Under the pieces are notes generated by a model. The model did not search any database and was not told the DNA's origin. It was given only the letters and a program-made list of their open reading frames with translations. A DNA stretch of 64,000 nucleotides, from positions 814-64,813 of the forward strand of contig JANPEZ010000113.1 of NCBI GenBank assembly GCA_031423155.1, in the 5' to 3' direction. How positions within the stretch are numbered: the first letter of the stretch is position 1; every line of letters begins with the position of its first letter. This DNA comes from Actinomycetes bacterium. GTDB lineage: Bacteria; Actinomycetota; UBA4738; HRBIN12. This document shows positions 1 through 9,853 of the stretch, piece by piece. The position numbers were made by a program, and so were the translations under genes.

Positions 1-474
1 GGCAACTCATTCTCGGCCGGAACGGTCTACGTCCGCGACGACGACAGCGCCGGCGTCATGTGGAACGTGAGCAACCAGACGCCCGCCAGCGCGGCCGTGG
101 TCAGGTGCATCCGCGTGACGTATGACGGCAGCCTGGACGCGACGGTCAAGCTCTACGCGTCGAACGCGAGCGCGACGGTCGATCAGTACCTGAACCTGAC
201 GATCGAGAAGGGAACTATGCCCGGCTCGACGACCTTCCCGTCCTGCACCGGATTCTCGAGCGAGTCGACCATCCACAGCGGGACCCTCGATGGGTTCAAG
301 GCGGCGAGAACCAACTTCACGAACGGGATATCGGCCTTCCCGGGCGCGGCAACCAGGTGGGTCGCCGCCGACAGCGTCGTCTACAGGTTCACGATCTCGC
401 TGCAGTCGGGCGCATACGCAGCCCAGGGACTCACGTCGACGGCGGGATTCACGTGGGAGGCGCAGAACCAGTGA
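1..474 (+). CDS. 5'-truncated TasA/CalY-like secreted protein, putative SipW substrate
   Basis: Frame is open from base 1 and reads GNSFSAGTVYVRDDD..., matching the N-x-F-x-AGT(V/L) motif that follows SipW-class signal peptides. Its stop overlaps the sipW start (GTGA at 471-474). Confidence 0.7.
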   Translation, partial: GNSFSAGTVYVRDDDSAGVMWNVSNQTPASAAVVRCIRVTYDGSLDATVKLYASNASATVDQYLNLTIEKGTMPGSTTFPSCTGFSSESTIHSGTLDGFKAARTNFTNGISAFPGAATRWVAADSVVYRFTISLQSGAYAAQGLTSTAGFTWEAQNQ

Positions 475-1061
475 TCGCCTCGCGAAGGCTCGTCAGATGG
501 GTCGCGATGCTCCTGCTCTGGGGCACGCTCGGCCTCGTCGCGGGCGCGTTCTTGTCAGTCTCGGTCCCGTACCTATTCGGCTTCAGGAGCCTGACCGTGC
601 TCTCCGGGTCGATGGAGCCCAACCTTCACGTCGGCGATGTCGTGGTCGTGAAGCAGGTGCCTCCGATCGATGTGAGGGTCGGGGACATCGTGACGTTCCG
701 CGACCCGGAGGACGACACGCGGCTCATAACGCACCGCGTGCGTTCGATCAGCGCGAGCGGAACGCTCGTCGAGTTCGTAACGAAAGGTGACGCCAACACC
801 AGCGTCGAGACCTGGAGCATCAGCCGCGACGGGATGATCGGGCGGGTTTCGTATCACGTGTGGCACCTCGGCTACCTGATGTTCTACGTGCGATCCAAGT
901 ACGGGCGACTGCTGCTCGTGGTGGTCCCCGCCCTCATGCTCGGTGTCCACGAACTCTGGAGGATCTGGCGCCCCATCAAGCTCGACGATGAAGAGCAGGA
1001 AACCGAGCACGAAAGGATAGATATCGAGAAGGAGGTGGTGGCCAGTGACGTCGGTTCGTAG
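471..1061 (+). CDS. sipW: Signal peptidase I, S26B/SipW type
   Basis: Motifs SGSMEP (catalytic Ser), GDIVTF, ITHRV (His) and TKGDAN, with N- and C-terminal TM segments. Start placed at GTG 471 rather than 357. Confidence 0.9.
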   Translation: MIASRRLVRWVAMLLLWGTLGLVAGAFLSVSVPYLFGFRSLTVLSGSMEPNLHVGDVVVVKQVPPIDVRVGDIVTFRDPEDDTRLITHRVRSISASGTLVEFVTKGDANTSVETWSISRDGMIGRVSYHVWHLGYLMFYVRSKYGRLLLVVVPALMLGVHELWRIWRPIKLDDEEQETEHERIDIEKEVVASDVGS

Positions 1062-2034
1062 CCGCCGCAGCCTCGTGCTGATCATCGCTCTCGCTCTCGC
1101 GCTCGGGATCGGGGGCGGAGCTACGTATGCGGCCTTCTCCTCGACGACCACGAACAACGGCAACTCTCTCGGAGTCACGGCCGACTTCCAGGCGCCTACC
1201 GTGAGCAAGGCCGTCATAGCCAAGCTTCTTCCCAATACGCAGTACCTTGACAGCGCGATCCGTCAAGGCCAGACGTTCTACGTGTACGCGAACGTTACCG
1301 ACAATGGGAACCCGGCCTCGGGCGTCGCGAGCGTCAGTGCCGCGATCACGAATGTCTCGTTGACGACGCCCGTCGCGCTGACGACTGCCGGATGCCCCTG
1401 CAGCGTCATGGGAACGAGCTACAACTACCGTAGCGCCTCCGTCACCGCGAGGGCGGTTCTGGCCGGCGATCAGACGTGGTCGATCACGGCGACCGACAAC
1501 GGCGGGTATCCAGCGACGTTCAACAGCGCGGTCGGCGGCCCGATCTGGACGGTGAACGCGGACAACACCGTCCCAGTACCGGTCGTCGCGACCACGGTGG
1601 CGACCAACGGTGGAGCGACCGCCGGACGTATCGAAACCGGGGACGTCATCACCTACAGCTGGAACGACCGGATCGACCCTCAGTCGATCAGGACGGGCTG
1701 GAACGGCTCGGGCACGATCGCCGCCACTGTCACCGTGACGAATGCCGCGAGCAACGACACCATCCAGGTGAACGTGGGGGGTGGCACGGCCAACATCTTC
1801 GGGACCGTCTCACTCGCCGGCAACTACGCGACCGCGACGTCGTCGCCAGCGGCGACGATCGCGATGTCGGCGGACTTCACGCAGGCCATCGTGACGCTCA
1901 CGGCCAACCCAACCAACCCGGCCACGGTGGCGAGCAGCACGCCCATCTGGGCGCGGACGACCACGATCTGGGACGACGCAGGGAATACGATGACGGCCGG
2001 GAACACCACGCTGTCCACGAGGCAGTACTTCTAG
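1045..2034 (+). CDS. Secreted Thr/Ala-rich protein with SipW-cognate signal peptide
   Basis: Basic N-terminus and hydrophobic stretch, then GATYAAFSSTTTNNGNS, the T-x-A-x-F-S...N pattern of SipW substrates. Lies directly after sipW. Confidence 0.75.
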   Translation: MTSVRSRRSLVLIIALALALGIGGGATYAAFSSTTTNNGNSLGVTADFQAPTVSKAVIAKLLPNTQYLDSAIRQGQTFYVYANVTDNGNPASGVASVSAAITNVSLTTPVALTTAGCPCSVMGTSYNYRSASVTARAVLAGDQTWSITATDNGGYPATFNSAVGGPIWTVNADNTVPVPVVATTVATNGGATAGRIETGDVITYSWNDRIDPQSIRTGWNGSGTIAATVTVTNAASNDTIQVNVGGGTANIFGTVSLAGNYATATSSPAATIAMSADFTQAIVTLTANPTNPATVASSTPIWARTTTIWDDAGNTMTAGNTTLSTRQYF

Positions 2035-3206
2035 GCGCTCGGAAGAGCCGATCGGCGCAGCTTCCCCGACACCGTCTTCGGCAGGTCCGGGACGAGGATC
2101 AGCTCCCGCGGCGCCTTGAAACGGGCGACCCGCTCGGTCGCGAAATCGCGGAGCTCGTCGAGAGCCGGAGGGTCGTCGATCGTCGCCGGCACCACATAGG
2201 CCACGACGATGCTCCCCCACTCGTCGTCCGGTCGGCCGCTGACGGCGACGTCTCCGACCTTCGGGTGCTCACGCAGGGCGGCTTCGACCTCCTGTGGCCA
2301 CACCTTCTCGGCGCCGGTCCGGATGAGGTCATCGAGACGGCCATGGATCTGCAGCAGGCCCTCGGCGTCGACCGCGCCGGCGTCGCCCGTCCGGAGCCAG
2401 CCGTCCAGAGTGAACGCCTCGGCTGTCGCGTGCGGATCCGAGACGTATCCGTTCATCAGCGTGGGCCCGGCGATCTGGACCTCATCATCGGGGCCGAGCC
2501 GGGCGCCGGTATCGGCGAAGAGCCGGCCGTCGTACGCCACGCCTCCACACGTCTCCGTAAGGCCGTAGGTCGAGACCACCTTGCCTCTGAGGGCGGCGGC
2601 GCCGCCGGCGAGCCTGCGGTCGAGCCCGCCTCCTCCTACGAGGATCGTTCCCAGGCCGGAGAGGTCCCGAACCTTGGCAACGAGGCGGTGGAGCATCGCG
2701 GGGACCAGCGAGACGTGCGAGTCCCCTGGGAGGAGGTCCGCGTCGAACCGTTCGAGAGCGACTATCGGAGTGCCCAGGACGGCGCTCCGCAGCAGGACCA
2801 ACATCCCGCCTATGTGAGCCGGCGAGAGGCAGAGGCACCAAGGCTCGCCCGCCGAGATCCCAGTCGCCGCGTTGGACGCATCGAGGCCCGCGGCCACCGC
2901 TTCGCGCGTCAGCTCGACCAGTTTCGGAGTACCGCCGGTGCCCGAGGTCGCCATGATGAGACCGACTTCTGCGGGCATCGCCCGGGATTCTGTGTGAAGG
3001 GTAAGGCCTTCCTGCGAAAGGGAGTACCCCGGCTGCGCCTTGTCGAAGATCGCGCGGGTTTCCGAGGCGGTGAGCCGTGGGTCGATCGGCAGGATCGCCG
3101 CGCCGGAGTCCCAGAGTCTTCCGACGGCCCCGATCCAAGCAGGGCCCGGCGGCAGTCGGATCGCCACCAGATCCCCGGGGCCCGCTCCCAGACTCTCGTG
3201 TGTCAC
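2031..3206 (-). CDS. menE: o-succinylbenzoate-CoA ligase
   Basis: AMP-binding motifs [24 protein letters not shown] and PKTVSGKL; divergent from menB. Confidence 0.85.
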   Translation of the reverse strand: MTHESLGAGPGDLVAIRLPPGPAWIGAVGRLWDSGAAILPIDPRLTASETRAIFDKAQPGYSLSQEGLTLHTESRAMPAEVGLIMATSGTGGTPKLVELTREAVAAGLDASNAATGISAGEPWCLCLSPAHIGGMLVLLRSAVLGTPIVALERFDADLLPGDSHVSLVPAMLHRLVAKVRDLSGLGTILVGGGGLDRRLAGGAAALRGKVVSTYGLTETCGGVAYDGRLFADTGARLGPDDEVQIAGPTLMNGYVSDPHATAEAFTLDGWLRTGDAGAVDAEGLLQIHGRLDDLIRTGAEKVWPQEVEAALREHPKVGDVAVSGRPDDEWGSIVVAYVVPATIDDPPALDELRDFATERVARFKAPRELILVPDLPKTVSGKLRRSALPSA

Positions 3207-3261
3207 ATCCGGTAGGCTACTCCTGACCGTTCGAGTTCACGCTCTAGGAGTAGATGGTCAT

Positions 3262-4074
3262 ATGGACTGGCAGGCACAGGGCGAGTACACCGACATCCGG
3301 TACGAAACCTCCGGCGGCATCGCCAAGATCACGATCGACCGCCCCGAGGTGCGCAACGCGTTCCGCCCTCTGACGGTCAAAGAGATGATCCGGGCCTTCG
3401 AGGTTGCGCGTGACGACGCCGAGATCGGGGTGGTGATCCTCACCGGCGAGGGACCCCTGGCCTTCTGCAGCGGCGGCGACCAGAAGATCCGGGGCGACGA
3501 CGGCTACGTCGATGACCGAGGGATCGGCCGTCTCAACGTCCTCGACCTTCAGATCCAGATCCGGCGGATGCCTAAACCCGTGGTCGCGATGGTGGCCGGA
3601 TACGCGATCGGCGGCGGCCACGTCCTTCACCTTTGCTGCGACCTCACGATCGCTGCGGACAACGCCATCTTCGGCCAGACCGGTCCGAAGGTGGGCTCCT
3701 TCGACGGCGGTTACGGCATCTCTCTGCTGGCAAGGCAGATCGGCGAGAAGCGCGCCAAGGAAGTCTGGCTGCTCTGCCGTCAGTACGACGCGACGACCGC
3801 GCTCACGTGGGGCCTGGTGAACGCGGTCGTTCCGCTCGGTGAGCTTGAAGCGACGACGGTCGAGTGGTGCCGCGAGATGCTCGCCTACTCTCCTTTATCC
3901 TTGCGCCTCCTCAAAGCCGGATACAACGCCGGGGTCGACGGCCTTGCGGGGGTTCAGCAGTTGGCCGGTGACGCGACGCTCCTGTACTACATGTCGGAGG
4001 AGGCCCAGGAGGGTCGCGACGCCTTCGTCGAGAAACGCGACCCCGACTTCTCCAGGTTCCCCAAGCGACCGTGA
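3262..4074 (+). CDS. menB: 1,4-dihydroxy-2-naphthoyl-CoA synthase
   Basis: [48 protein letters not shown]. Start at ATG 3262 after AGGAG (3246-3250). Confidence 0.97.
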   Translation: MDWQAQGEYTDIRYETSGGIAKITIDRPEVRNAFRPLTVKEMIRAFEVARDDAEIGVVILTGEGPLAFCSGGDQKIRGDDGYVDDRGIGRLNVLDLQIQIRRMPKPVVAMVAGYAIGGGHVLHLCCDLTIAADNAIFGQTGPKVGSFDGGYGISLLARQIGEKRAKEVWLLCRQYDATTALTWGLVNAVVPLGELEATTVEWCREMLAYSPLSLRLLKAGYNAGVDGLAGVQQLAGDATLLYYMSEEAQEGRDAFVEKRDPDFSRFPKRP

Positions 4075-4973
4075 GCGGAGTCGCGGTGTGGTGGCGCGGA
4101 GCGCGCCCTCGAACCCTCGGCGCGGGTCTGGCTCCGGTGGCGGTCGGTGCGGCGTCGGCCGGTGAGGTGATCCCGTGGCGACTCGGTTGCGCGGTGTTGG
4201 TCGCCGCCGGACTCCAGGTCGGGGTCAACTTCGCCAACGACTACTTCGACGGCATGCGCGGGGTAGACACGCATGAGCGTCTAGGCCCGCCCCGATTGAC
4301 CCAGAGCGGGGCGGCATCGCCACGCGCGGTGCTCGCCGCAGCCCTGCTCTGCCTCTTCGTTGCAGGCATCGCAGGACTGGCGCTGGCCCTTGCAACCGAG
4401 CCGGTTCTGATCCTGGCCGTCGGGGCCTTGGCGCTGGTGGCCGCTCTCCTCTATAGCGGGGGGCCGCGGCCCTACGCCGGCCTCGGCCTCGGAGAACTCA
4501 TGGTCTTCGTCTTCTTCGGGATCATGGCCACATGCGGCACCGCGTTCGTCATGGTCGAGACGATCCCGGCAACCGCCTGGTGGTCAGGAGCTGCGCTCGG
4601 TCTGCTGGCCGTCGCGATCTTGGTAGCGAACAACCTCCGTGACATCCCTACCGATGCAGCCGGTGGGAAGCGGACGCTGGCGGTACGGATGGGCGATGCG
4701 CGAACCCGCCTGCTCTACCGAGCTTGCATCATCGGAGCGTTCGCGACGATCGCTTTCGGAGTCGTGGCGTTCATCGTCAGCGAGAGCATCGGGATCACAC
4801 AGTGGTCGCTGCTGGCCCTTGCGGCCTGGCCACTCGCGATCAAGCCGATGGAGCGGGTCGGTCGCGCCTCCGGAGGCGAACTGATCCCCGTGTTGATCGG
4901 GACGGCCGCGACCCAGGCCGCCTTCGGCGCGCTGCTGGCAACCGGACTCGTCCTGGCTCACGCGACCGCATGA
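4071..4973 (+). CDS. menA: 1,4-dihydroxy-2-naphthoate polyprenyltransferase
   Basis: [28 protein letters not shown] and NNLRDIPTD...KRTLAVRMG; multiple TM helices; start overlaps the menB stop. Confidence 0.93.
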   Translation: MSGVAVWWRGARPRTLGAGLAPVAVGAASAGEVIPWRLGCAVLVAAGLQVGVNFANDYFDGMRGVDTHERLGPPRLTQSGAASPRAVLAAALLCLFVAGIAGLALALATEPVLILAVGALALVAALLYSGGPRPYAGLGLGELMVFVFFGIMATCGTAFVMVETIPATAWWSGAALGLLAVAILVANNLRDIPTDAAGGKRTLAVRMGDARTRLLYRACIIGAFATIAFGVVAFIVSESIGITQWSLLALAAWPLAIKPMERVGRASGGELIPVLIGTAATQAAFGALLATGLVLAHATA

Positions 4974-6652
4974 ATCTGGGCGACGTCTCACTCGGATGCG
5001 CATGGGCGCTCGTGGATCAACTCGCGCGCGAGGGGATGCGCCACTCCTGTCTCTCCCCGGGGTCGCGCTCGACCCCCTTGGCCCTAGCGCTGGAAAGGCA
5101 TCCCGGGATCCAGGTGCACGTTCACCTCGACGAGCGATCATCGGCGTTCTTCGCGCTGGGGATCGCTAAGGCGACCAGTGATCTCGTCGCCGTCGCTTGC
5201 ACGAGCGGAACCGCTGCCGCGGAGCTGTTCCCGGCCGTCGTGGAGGCATCCCAGTCGAGGGTTCCGCTGGTGCTGCTCACCGCCGATCGCCCGCCGCGGC
5301 TGCGGGGAACCGGCGCGAACCAGACCATCGATCAGGTCGAGCTGTTCGGCCGCTACGCCCGCTCCTACATCGAACCGGCGGTTCCGGCCGGCCCGGGGGA
5401 CGAAGAGGCATGGGCACTGGCGGGCGCCGATGCCGCCCGGAGCGCCCGGCTAGGCCCCGTGCCGGGTCCCGTTCATGTGAACTGCCCTTTCGAGGAGCCC
5501 CTCACTCCGAGTCCGGACGTAAGGCTGCCCGACCCAGGACCGGTTGAGCCCACGCGGCTTCCCGCTTCGCCCTCCACCTACGAGAACCTGAAGTTGATCG
5601 AGAGGCTGGCTGCCACTGAGCGAGGACTCTTCGTCGTCGGCGGACTCGCCCGGCCCGAGCCCGCGATCTTGGACCTGGCGGAGGCGATGGGCATCCCCGT
5701 CATCGCCGAACCGCACTCGGGCCTGCGTCTTCCCGGTAGAAGCCTTTCCGCGGGAACGGCGCTCGCGGTAGCGATGGGAGAGGGCCTCATCGGGCCGCCC
5801 GAGATCCTCGTCAGGTTCGGCGCCTATCCGACGTCCCGAGCCTTGCAGGCCCTGGACGCTGAGGCGACATATCTGGTGGTGGTCGGAGACGAGCACCTTG
5901 ATCCGGATCCGGAAGGCCGGGCCCACGAGCGCATCCTGCTCCCCGATCGATCGGTCGCCTCTGGACTCGGGCGCGCGGCCCCCGAGACGGGACGAGTACG
6001 TTGGACCGAAGGCGCGGACGCCGCCTCGCGCCGGGCGATAGACGAGCTGATCTCATCCTGGGATGAGCCTTTCGAGGGCCGGATCGCCCGCGATCTGGCG
6101 GCGGTGGTTCCCGAGGGAGCCTCGCTGATCGCCGGCTCGTCCATGCCCATCCGCGATCTGGATGGCTATATGGCGCCGCGGAGCGGGCTCTGCGTTCTGG
6201 CAAACCGAGGCGCGAGCGGCATCGACGGCTTCGTCTCGACGGCGCTCGGGGTGGCCGCGACCGGCGCACCGACGTATGCCCTTTCCGGCGACCTGACCTT
6301 CCTCTATGACATCGGGGCGCTGGTCTGGAACGCACGCCGCGGCCTGCACGCGACCTTCGTGGTCATCGATAACGGCGGCGGCGCCATCTTCGATTTCCTC
6401 CCGCAGAAAGCCCTCGCCGAACACGACCGCCTGTTCACGACGCCGCATGATCAGGACATCGGTGCCCTCTGCGCCGCGGCCGGGGCGGGACACGCCCGGG
6501 TTGAGCGCGCTGCCGATCTCACGACCGCGATCGAGGCGGTCGCCGGTTCGTCCGGCATACAGGTCGTCGAAGTGGCCTCCGACCGCCGGCTGAACGTCGA
6601 ACGCCACGAACAGGTGCGAACCGCCGTCGCGCGCGCCCTCTCGTCCGCGTAG
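4970..6652 (+). CDS. menD: SEPHCHC synthase (ThDP-dependent)
   Basis: SPGSRSTPL, DERSSAFFALG, CTSGTAAA, LTADRPP, NRGASGIDG, GDLTFLYD and NGGGAIF. ATG 4970 overlaps the menA TGA. Confidence 0.93.
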   Translation: MNLGDVSLGCAWALVDQLAREGMRHSCLSPGSRSTPLALALERHPGIQVHVHLDERSSAFFALGIAKATSDLVAVACTSGTAAAELFPAVVEASQSRVPLVLLTADRPPRLRGTGANQTIDQVELFGRYARSYIEPAVPAGPGDEEAWALAGADAARSARLGPVPGPVHVNCPFEEPLTPSPDVRLPDPGPVEPTRLPASPSTYENLKLIERLAATERGLFVVGGLARPEPAILDLAEAMGIPVIAEPHSGLRLPGRSLSAGTALAVAMGEGLIGPPEILVRFGAYPTSRALQALDAEATYLVVVGDEHLDPDPEGRAHERILLPDRSVASGLGRAAPETGRVRWTEGADAASRRAIDELISSWDEPFEGRIARDLAAVVPEGASLIAGSSMPIRDLDGYMAPRSGLCVLANRGASGIDGFVSTALGVAATGAPTYALSGDLTFLYDIGALVWNARRGLHATFVVIDNGGGAIFDFLPQKALAEHDRLFTTPHDQDIGALCAAAGAGHARVERAADLTTAIEAVAGSSGIQVVEVASDRRLNVERHEQVRTAVARALSSA

Positions 6653-6662
6653 GCTCGCCCGC

Positions 6663-7139
6663 GTGGAACCGAACATCGCCATGGCCACCCTTCATGACAT
6701 CCCGGAGCTGGCGCGCCTGCGGTGGCAGATGCACACGGAGGATCACCCGGATCCGGGTGAGACCTTCGACGGGTTCGCCGAGGGTTTCGCGGCTTTCGCC
6801 CGAGAGGCGCTCTCCGGCCAGATGTGGCACGTCTGGGTCGCCGAGGGATCGGGCCTTCTGGTCGGGAGCATCTGGCTGCAGCTCGTCGAGCGGGTCCCGC
6901 GCCCGGACCTGGGCTGGGGGCACAGACCTTTCGGCTATGTGACCAATGCTTATGTCGAGCCGCCGCACCGGGGCAAGGGACTGGGTTCACGGATGCTCGG
7001 CGAGATCGTGGCCTGGGGACGAGCGGCCGAGCTGAACTCGCTGATCGCCTGGCCGGACGATCGATCGACGAGCCTGTTCGCGCGCGCCGGGTTCACCCCA
7101 GACAGCGAGGCGCTGACCGTTCGCTTCGAGAACCCTTAG
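6663..7139 (+). CDS. GNAT family N-acetyltransferase
   Basis: Acetyl-CoA binding motif YVEPPHRGKGLG; TAGGCT 7 nt before the GTG suggests a leaderless start. Confidence 0.85.
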   Translation: MEPNIAMATLHDIPELARLRWQMHTEDHPDPGETFDGFAEGFAAFAREALSGQMWHVWVAEGSGLLVGSIWLQLVERVPRPDLGWGHRPFGYVTNAYVEPPHRGKGLGSRMLGEIVAWGRAAELNSLIAWPDDRSTSLFARAGFTPDSEALTVRFENP

Positions 7140-7154
7140 GAACCGCGCCGGCCA

Positions 7155-8333
7155 TCAGCCCCAGCGGAGGGGATCCAGGAAGGCCTTGAACTTGCGCTCG
7201 GTCTCTTCTGCTTCCTTCTGTGGTTCGGAGTCCGCGACTATCCCTGCCCCGGCGAAGAGCCGTGCGTGCGCGCCGAGCAGGAGCGCGCAGCGAAGGGCGA
7301 TCGCGAAGGTTCCGTCTCCTCGGGCGTCGACCCAGCCGACCGGACCGGCGTAACGGCCGCGGTCGAACGGCTCGAGTTCGCCTATAAGAGCCGCGGCTTC
7401 GGCCCTCGGAGTCCCACAAACGGCGGGCGTCGGATGAAGTGCGGAGACAACGTCCAGAACCCCTCCGACGCCGGGTCGAAGTCTGCCCTCGAACGGAGTG
7501 GACAGGTGCCAGACGTTGGCGGTGGCGAGCAGTTGAGGTTCGCCGGGAAAGGAGAGCTCCTCGCATAGGGGCGAGAGAGCTTCCTCGACCGCCTCGACCA
7601 CCAGATGATGCTCGTGCCGGTCTTTCTCGGAGGCGAACAGCTTTGACGCGGATGCGCGGTCCTGATCCGGGTTACCCCGCCGTGGCGCGGATCCCGCCAG
7701 TGGGTTGGCGCGAACCCGACGTCCCGAGGTACTCGCAAGAAGCTCAGGACTCGCGCCGACCAGAACCCCTTCGGATCCGGGCGCGGCGAACACGAAGCAG
7801 TCGGGGTCGACGGCTCTCAGTCGCCAGAGGAGCTGCTTCGGGTCCAGATCTCGCTCCGCCTGCACGTCGAGGGTCCGAGCCAACACGACCTTGCTCAGTT
7901 CGCCGGCGCGGATGTGATCGCGAGCTTCGGCCACCGCCGCCATGTAGGTTCCCGCATCCGGCCGAGGCGTCAGCTGCATCTCGTCGAATGCGGGCGCCGG
8001 CGCGATGGGAGCGAGCGGAAGCCGCCTCGGAGACGGCTCGAGGGCCGAGTACTCGCGAGCGCCGGTCTCGTCGCGGATGCAGTAGGTCGCAGGGAGGGTA
8101 AGTTCGGCCCCAGCCGCCACGTCGAATGGGAGGGAGCCGACGGCTACTGCCCCAGGGCCGATGCGCTGCAAGACTTCTCGGACCTCGCCACTGTTGGAGG
8201 CGCCGACACGGCCGGCGATCCCGCTCGCGGCGATGCCGAGTCCCGACCTTTCGAAGAAGAAGCCCTCGGGTCCGGGATAAGCCGCCAGCAGATCGAAGGC
8301 CGGAGCAAGCGCCCGCAGGACCGCCTCGCTCAC
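7155..8333 (-). CDS. menF: Isochorismate synthase
   Basis: KVVLAR, GASPELL, PLAGS, KDRHEH, HPTPAVCG, FDRGRYAGPVGW, AGAGIV..S and ETERK. Confidence 0.9.
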   Translation of the reverse strand: MSEAVLRALAPAFDLLAAYPGPEGFFFERSGLGIAASGIAGRVGASNSGEVREVLQRIGPGAVAVGSLPFDVAAGAELTLPATYCIRDETGAREYSALEPSPRRLPLAPIAPAPAFDEMQLTPRPDAGTYMAAVAEARDHIRAGELSKVVLARTLDVQAERDLDPKQLLWRLRAVDPDCFVFAAPGSEGVLVGASPELLASTSGRRVRANPLAGSAPRRGNPDQDRASASKLFASEKDRHEHHLVVEAVEEALSPLCEELSFPGEPQLLATANVWHLSTPFEGRLRPGVGGVLDVVSALHPTPAVCGTPRAEAAALIGELEPFDRGRYAGPVGWVDARGDGTFAIALRCALLLGAHARLFAGAGIVADSEPQKEAEETERKFKAFLDPLRWG

Positions 8334-9022
8334 GCCCGGGTTCCGAGAACGAGCTGCGTCAGGCCTCCGGTAAGTTGCAACCGCCGCACGTCGACGAACC
8401 CCGATCCGGTCAGCATCGCGAGCATCTCACCGGCTTCGGGCAGATAGGCCATGGACCGCGGAAGGTACGAGTAGGCGCCTCGGTCCGAGAGCACGCCTCC
8501 GATAAGTGGAACAACCCTGTTGAAGTAGACGGCGTGACCAGCCTTCAGCAACGCGTTGTCCGGTGTGCTCGCGTCCAGCAAAGCGATGCGTCCCCCCGGC
8601 CGCACGACCCTGGCCATCTCGTCGAAGAACGCACCGAGGTCGACGACGTTCCTCAAGGCGAACCCGCAGGTGACACCGTCCAGGGAACCCGAGTCCAGCG
8701 GCAAGCGAAGGATGTCCGCCTCGACGAGAGGAGCCCGGGTTCGGGCCGCCGTCAGCATCCCGTGAGAGAAGTCGAACCCCAGGGGCCGGTAACCTTGCCG
8801 AGTCAGTTCGCGACAGAGATCTCCCGTGCCGCATGCCAGATCCGCCACCCGGGCGCCGCCGGCAAGTCCGAGCTCACCGACCGCTCGGCGTCGCCAGCCG
8901 ACATCCATCCCGAAGGTCATCACCCGGTTCACCAGGTCGTAGCGACCCGAGATCGTGTCGAATAGGCCTCGCACCGCGCGGGCTTTGTCCTCGCCCTGAG
9001 GAAGTGGCTCTTGCCCTCTCAC
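8330..9022 (-). CDS. menG: Demethylmenaquinone methyltransferase (MenG/UbiE)
   Basis: FDTISGRYDLVNRVMTFG, DLACGTGD, FALRNV and AYSYLPRS. Confidence 0.9.
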   Translation of the reverse strand: MRGQEPLPQGEDKARAVRGLFDTISGRYDLVNRVMTFGMDVGWRRRAVGELGLAGGARVADLACGTGDLCRELTRQGYRPLGFDFSHGMLTAARTRAPLVEADILRLPLDSGSLDGVTCGFALRNVVDLGAFFDEMARVVRPGGRIALLDASTPDNALLKAGHAVYFNRVVPLIGGVLSDRGAYSYLPRSMAYLPEAGEMLAMLTGSGFVDVRRLQLTGGLTQLVLGTRA

Positions 9023-9780
9023 GGCTCCCGCTCCAGCCTGCGGGACTCGGCGCGGGTTGCCTCGACCTCGGCTTCGTCGCCGACCTTCTCGATGTGCGCC
9101 TCCGCGATTTCGAGCAGGAGCCTTCGGAAGTGATGAGAAACGAGCTGCGTCACAGCGGGGAGGAGCTCACGGAAGGCGCGCACGAGTTGATCGGCCGCCT
9201 CCTGCTGGTCGGCCGTCGTGTCGCGTATCGGCTTGCGCACGCTCTCGTCGAACAACTCGACCGCTCGCTCGGCCAGCGCCCTCATGGCCTCGTTCGTATC
9301 GCGGGCCAGGGAGAGCAGATCACCCAAGGGCAGACCGAACTCGAGCATCCGTAGGGCCACGCGGACGATCTCGATGTCGGCCGCCGTGTAGTGCTCGACG
9401 CCGTCGACGACCCGTCCGATGCGAACGCCCTCACGCTCGACCGCCTGGATCAAAGAAGTCGGAACGCCGCTGCGGGCGGAGAACTCCTCGAGGGTCAAGG
9501 CTTCTTGGTGATCTGCCGCCCGGGCCGCGGCCACCGCGGCCGCGAGATCCGCGTCGGCGGCCCCGAGTTCGCCGCTGACGACCCTCTTGACCGCCGCCAG
9601 GGTCAGGCCTTTCCTCTGAAGGGTCTTGATCTGGCGGATGCGCTCGGCGTGCTCGGCTGAGTACCAGGCGACGCGCCCCTCTCGCTGTGGCGCCGGAAGC
9701 AGCCCCATCGACTGGTAGTAGCGAACGGTGTCGACGGAGACATCGCACGTGGCGGCCAGCTGCTCGACCCTGTACCTCAC
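9019..9780 (-). CDS. MerR family transcriptional regulator with a second HTH-like segment
   Basis: N-terminal YRVEQLA...VSVDTVRYYQSMGLLP; second HTH-like segment LTLEEFSARSGVP; stop overlaps the menG start by 4 nt. Confidence 0.85.
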   Translation of the reverse strand: MRYRVEQLAATCDVSVDTVRYYQSMGLLPAPQREGRVAWYSAEHAERIRQIKTLQRKGLTLAAVKRVVSGELGAADADLAAAVAAARAADHQEALTLEEFSARSGVPTSLIQAVEREGVRIGRVVDGVEHYTAADIEIVRVALRMLEFGLPLGDLLSLARDTNEAMRALAERAVELFDESVRKPIRDTTADQQEAADQLVRAFRELLPAVTQLVSHHFRRLLLEIAEAHIEKVGDEAEVEATRAESRRLEREP

Positions 9781-9787
9781 GACCAGT

Positions 9788-9831
9788 CACTCTACGAGTG
9801 TTAGCTCGAATGGTCACCCGAGGTCCTCGGG
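9788..9831. promoter_or_regulatory. Two inverted repeats in the divergent merR/GT87 promoter region
   Basis: CACTC-tac-GAGTG (9788-9800) and CCCGAGG-t-CCTCGGG (9817-9831) are read directly. Function is inferred. Confidence 0.3.
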
Positions 9832-9853
9832 CGGGCGGATACGATTCGCCGCG

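Noticed and set aside
1476-3215. 579-aa plus-strand ORF and similar long shadow ORFs (15775-17373, 15929-17278, 38136-39623, 40203-42071, 53341-54372, 62357-63592)
   Set aside because: They lie antisense to, or out of frame with, clearly recognisable genes and show no family motifs. Such open frames are expected at this GC content.
3207-3261. tRNA-like GTTCGAG motif
   Set aside because: No cloverleaf or CCA context; this is the divergent menE/menB promoter region.
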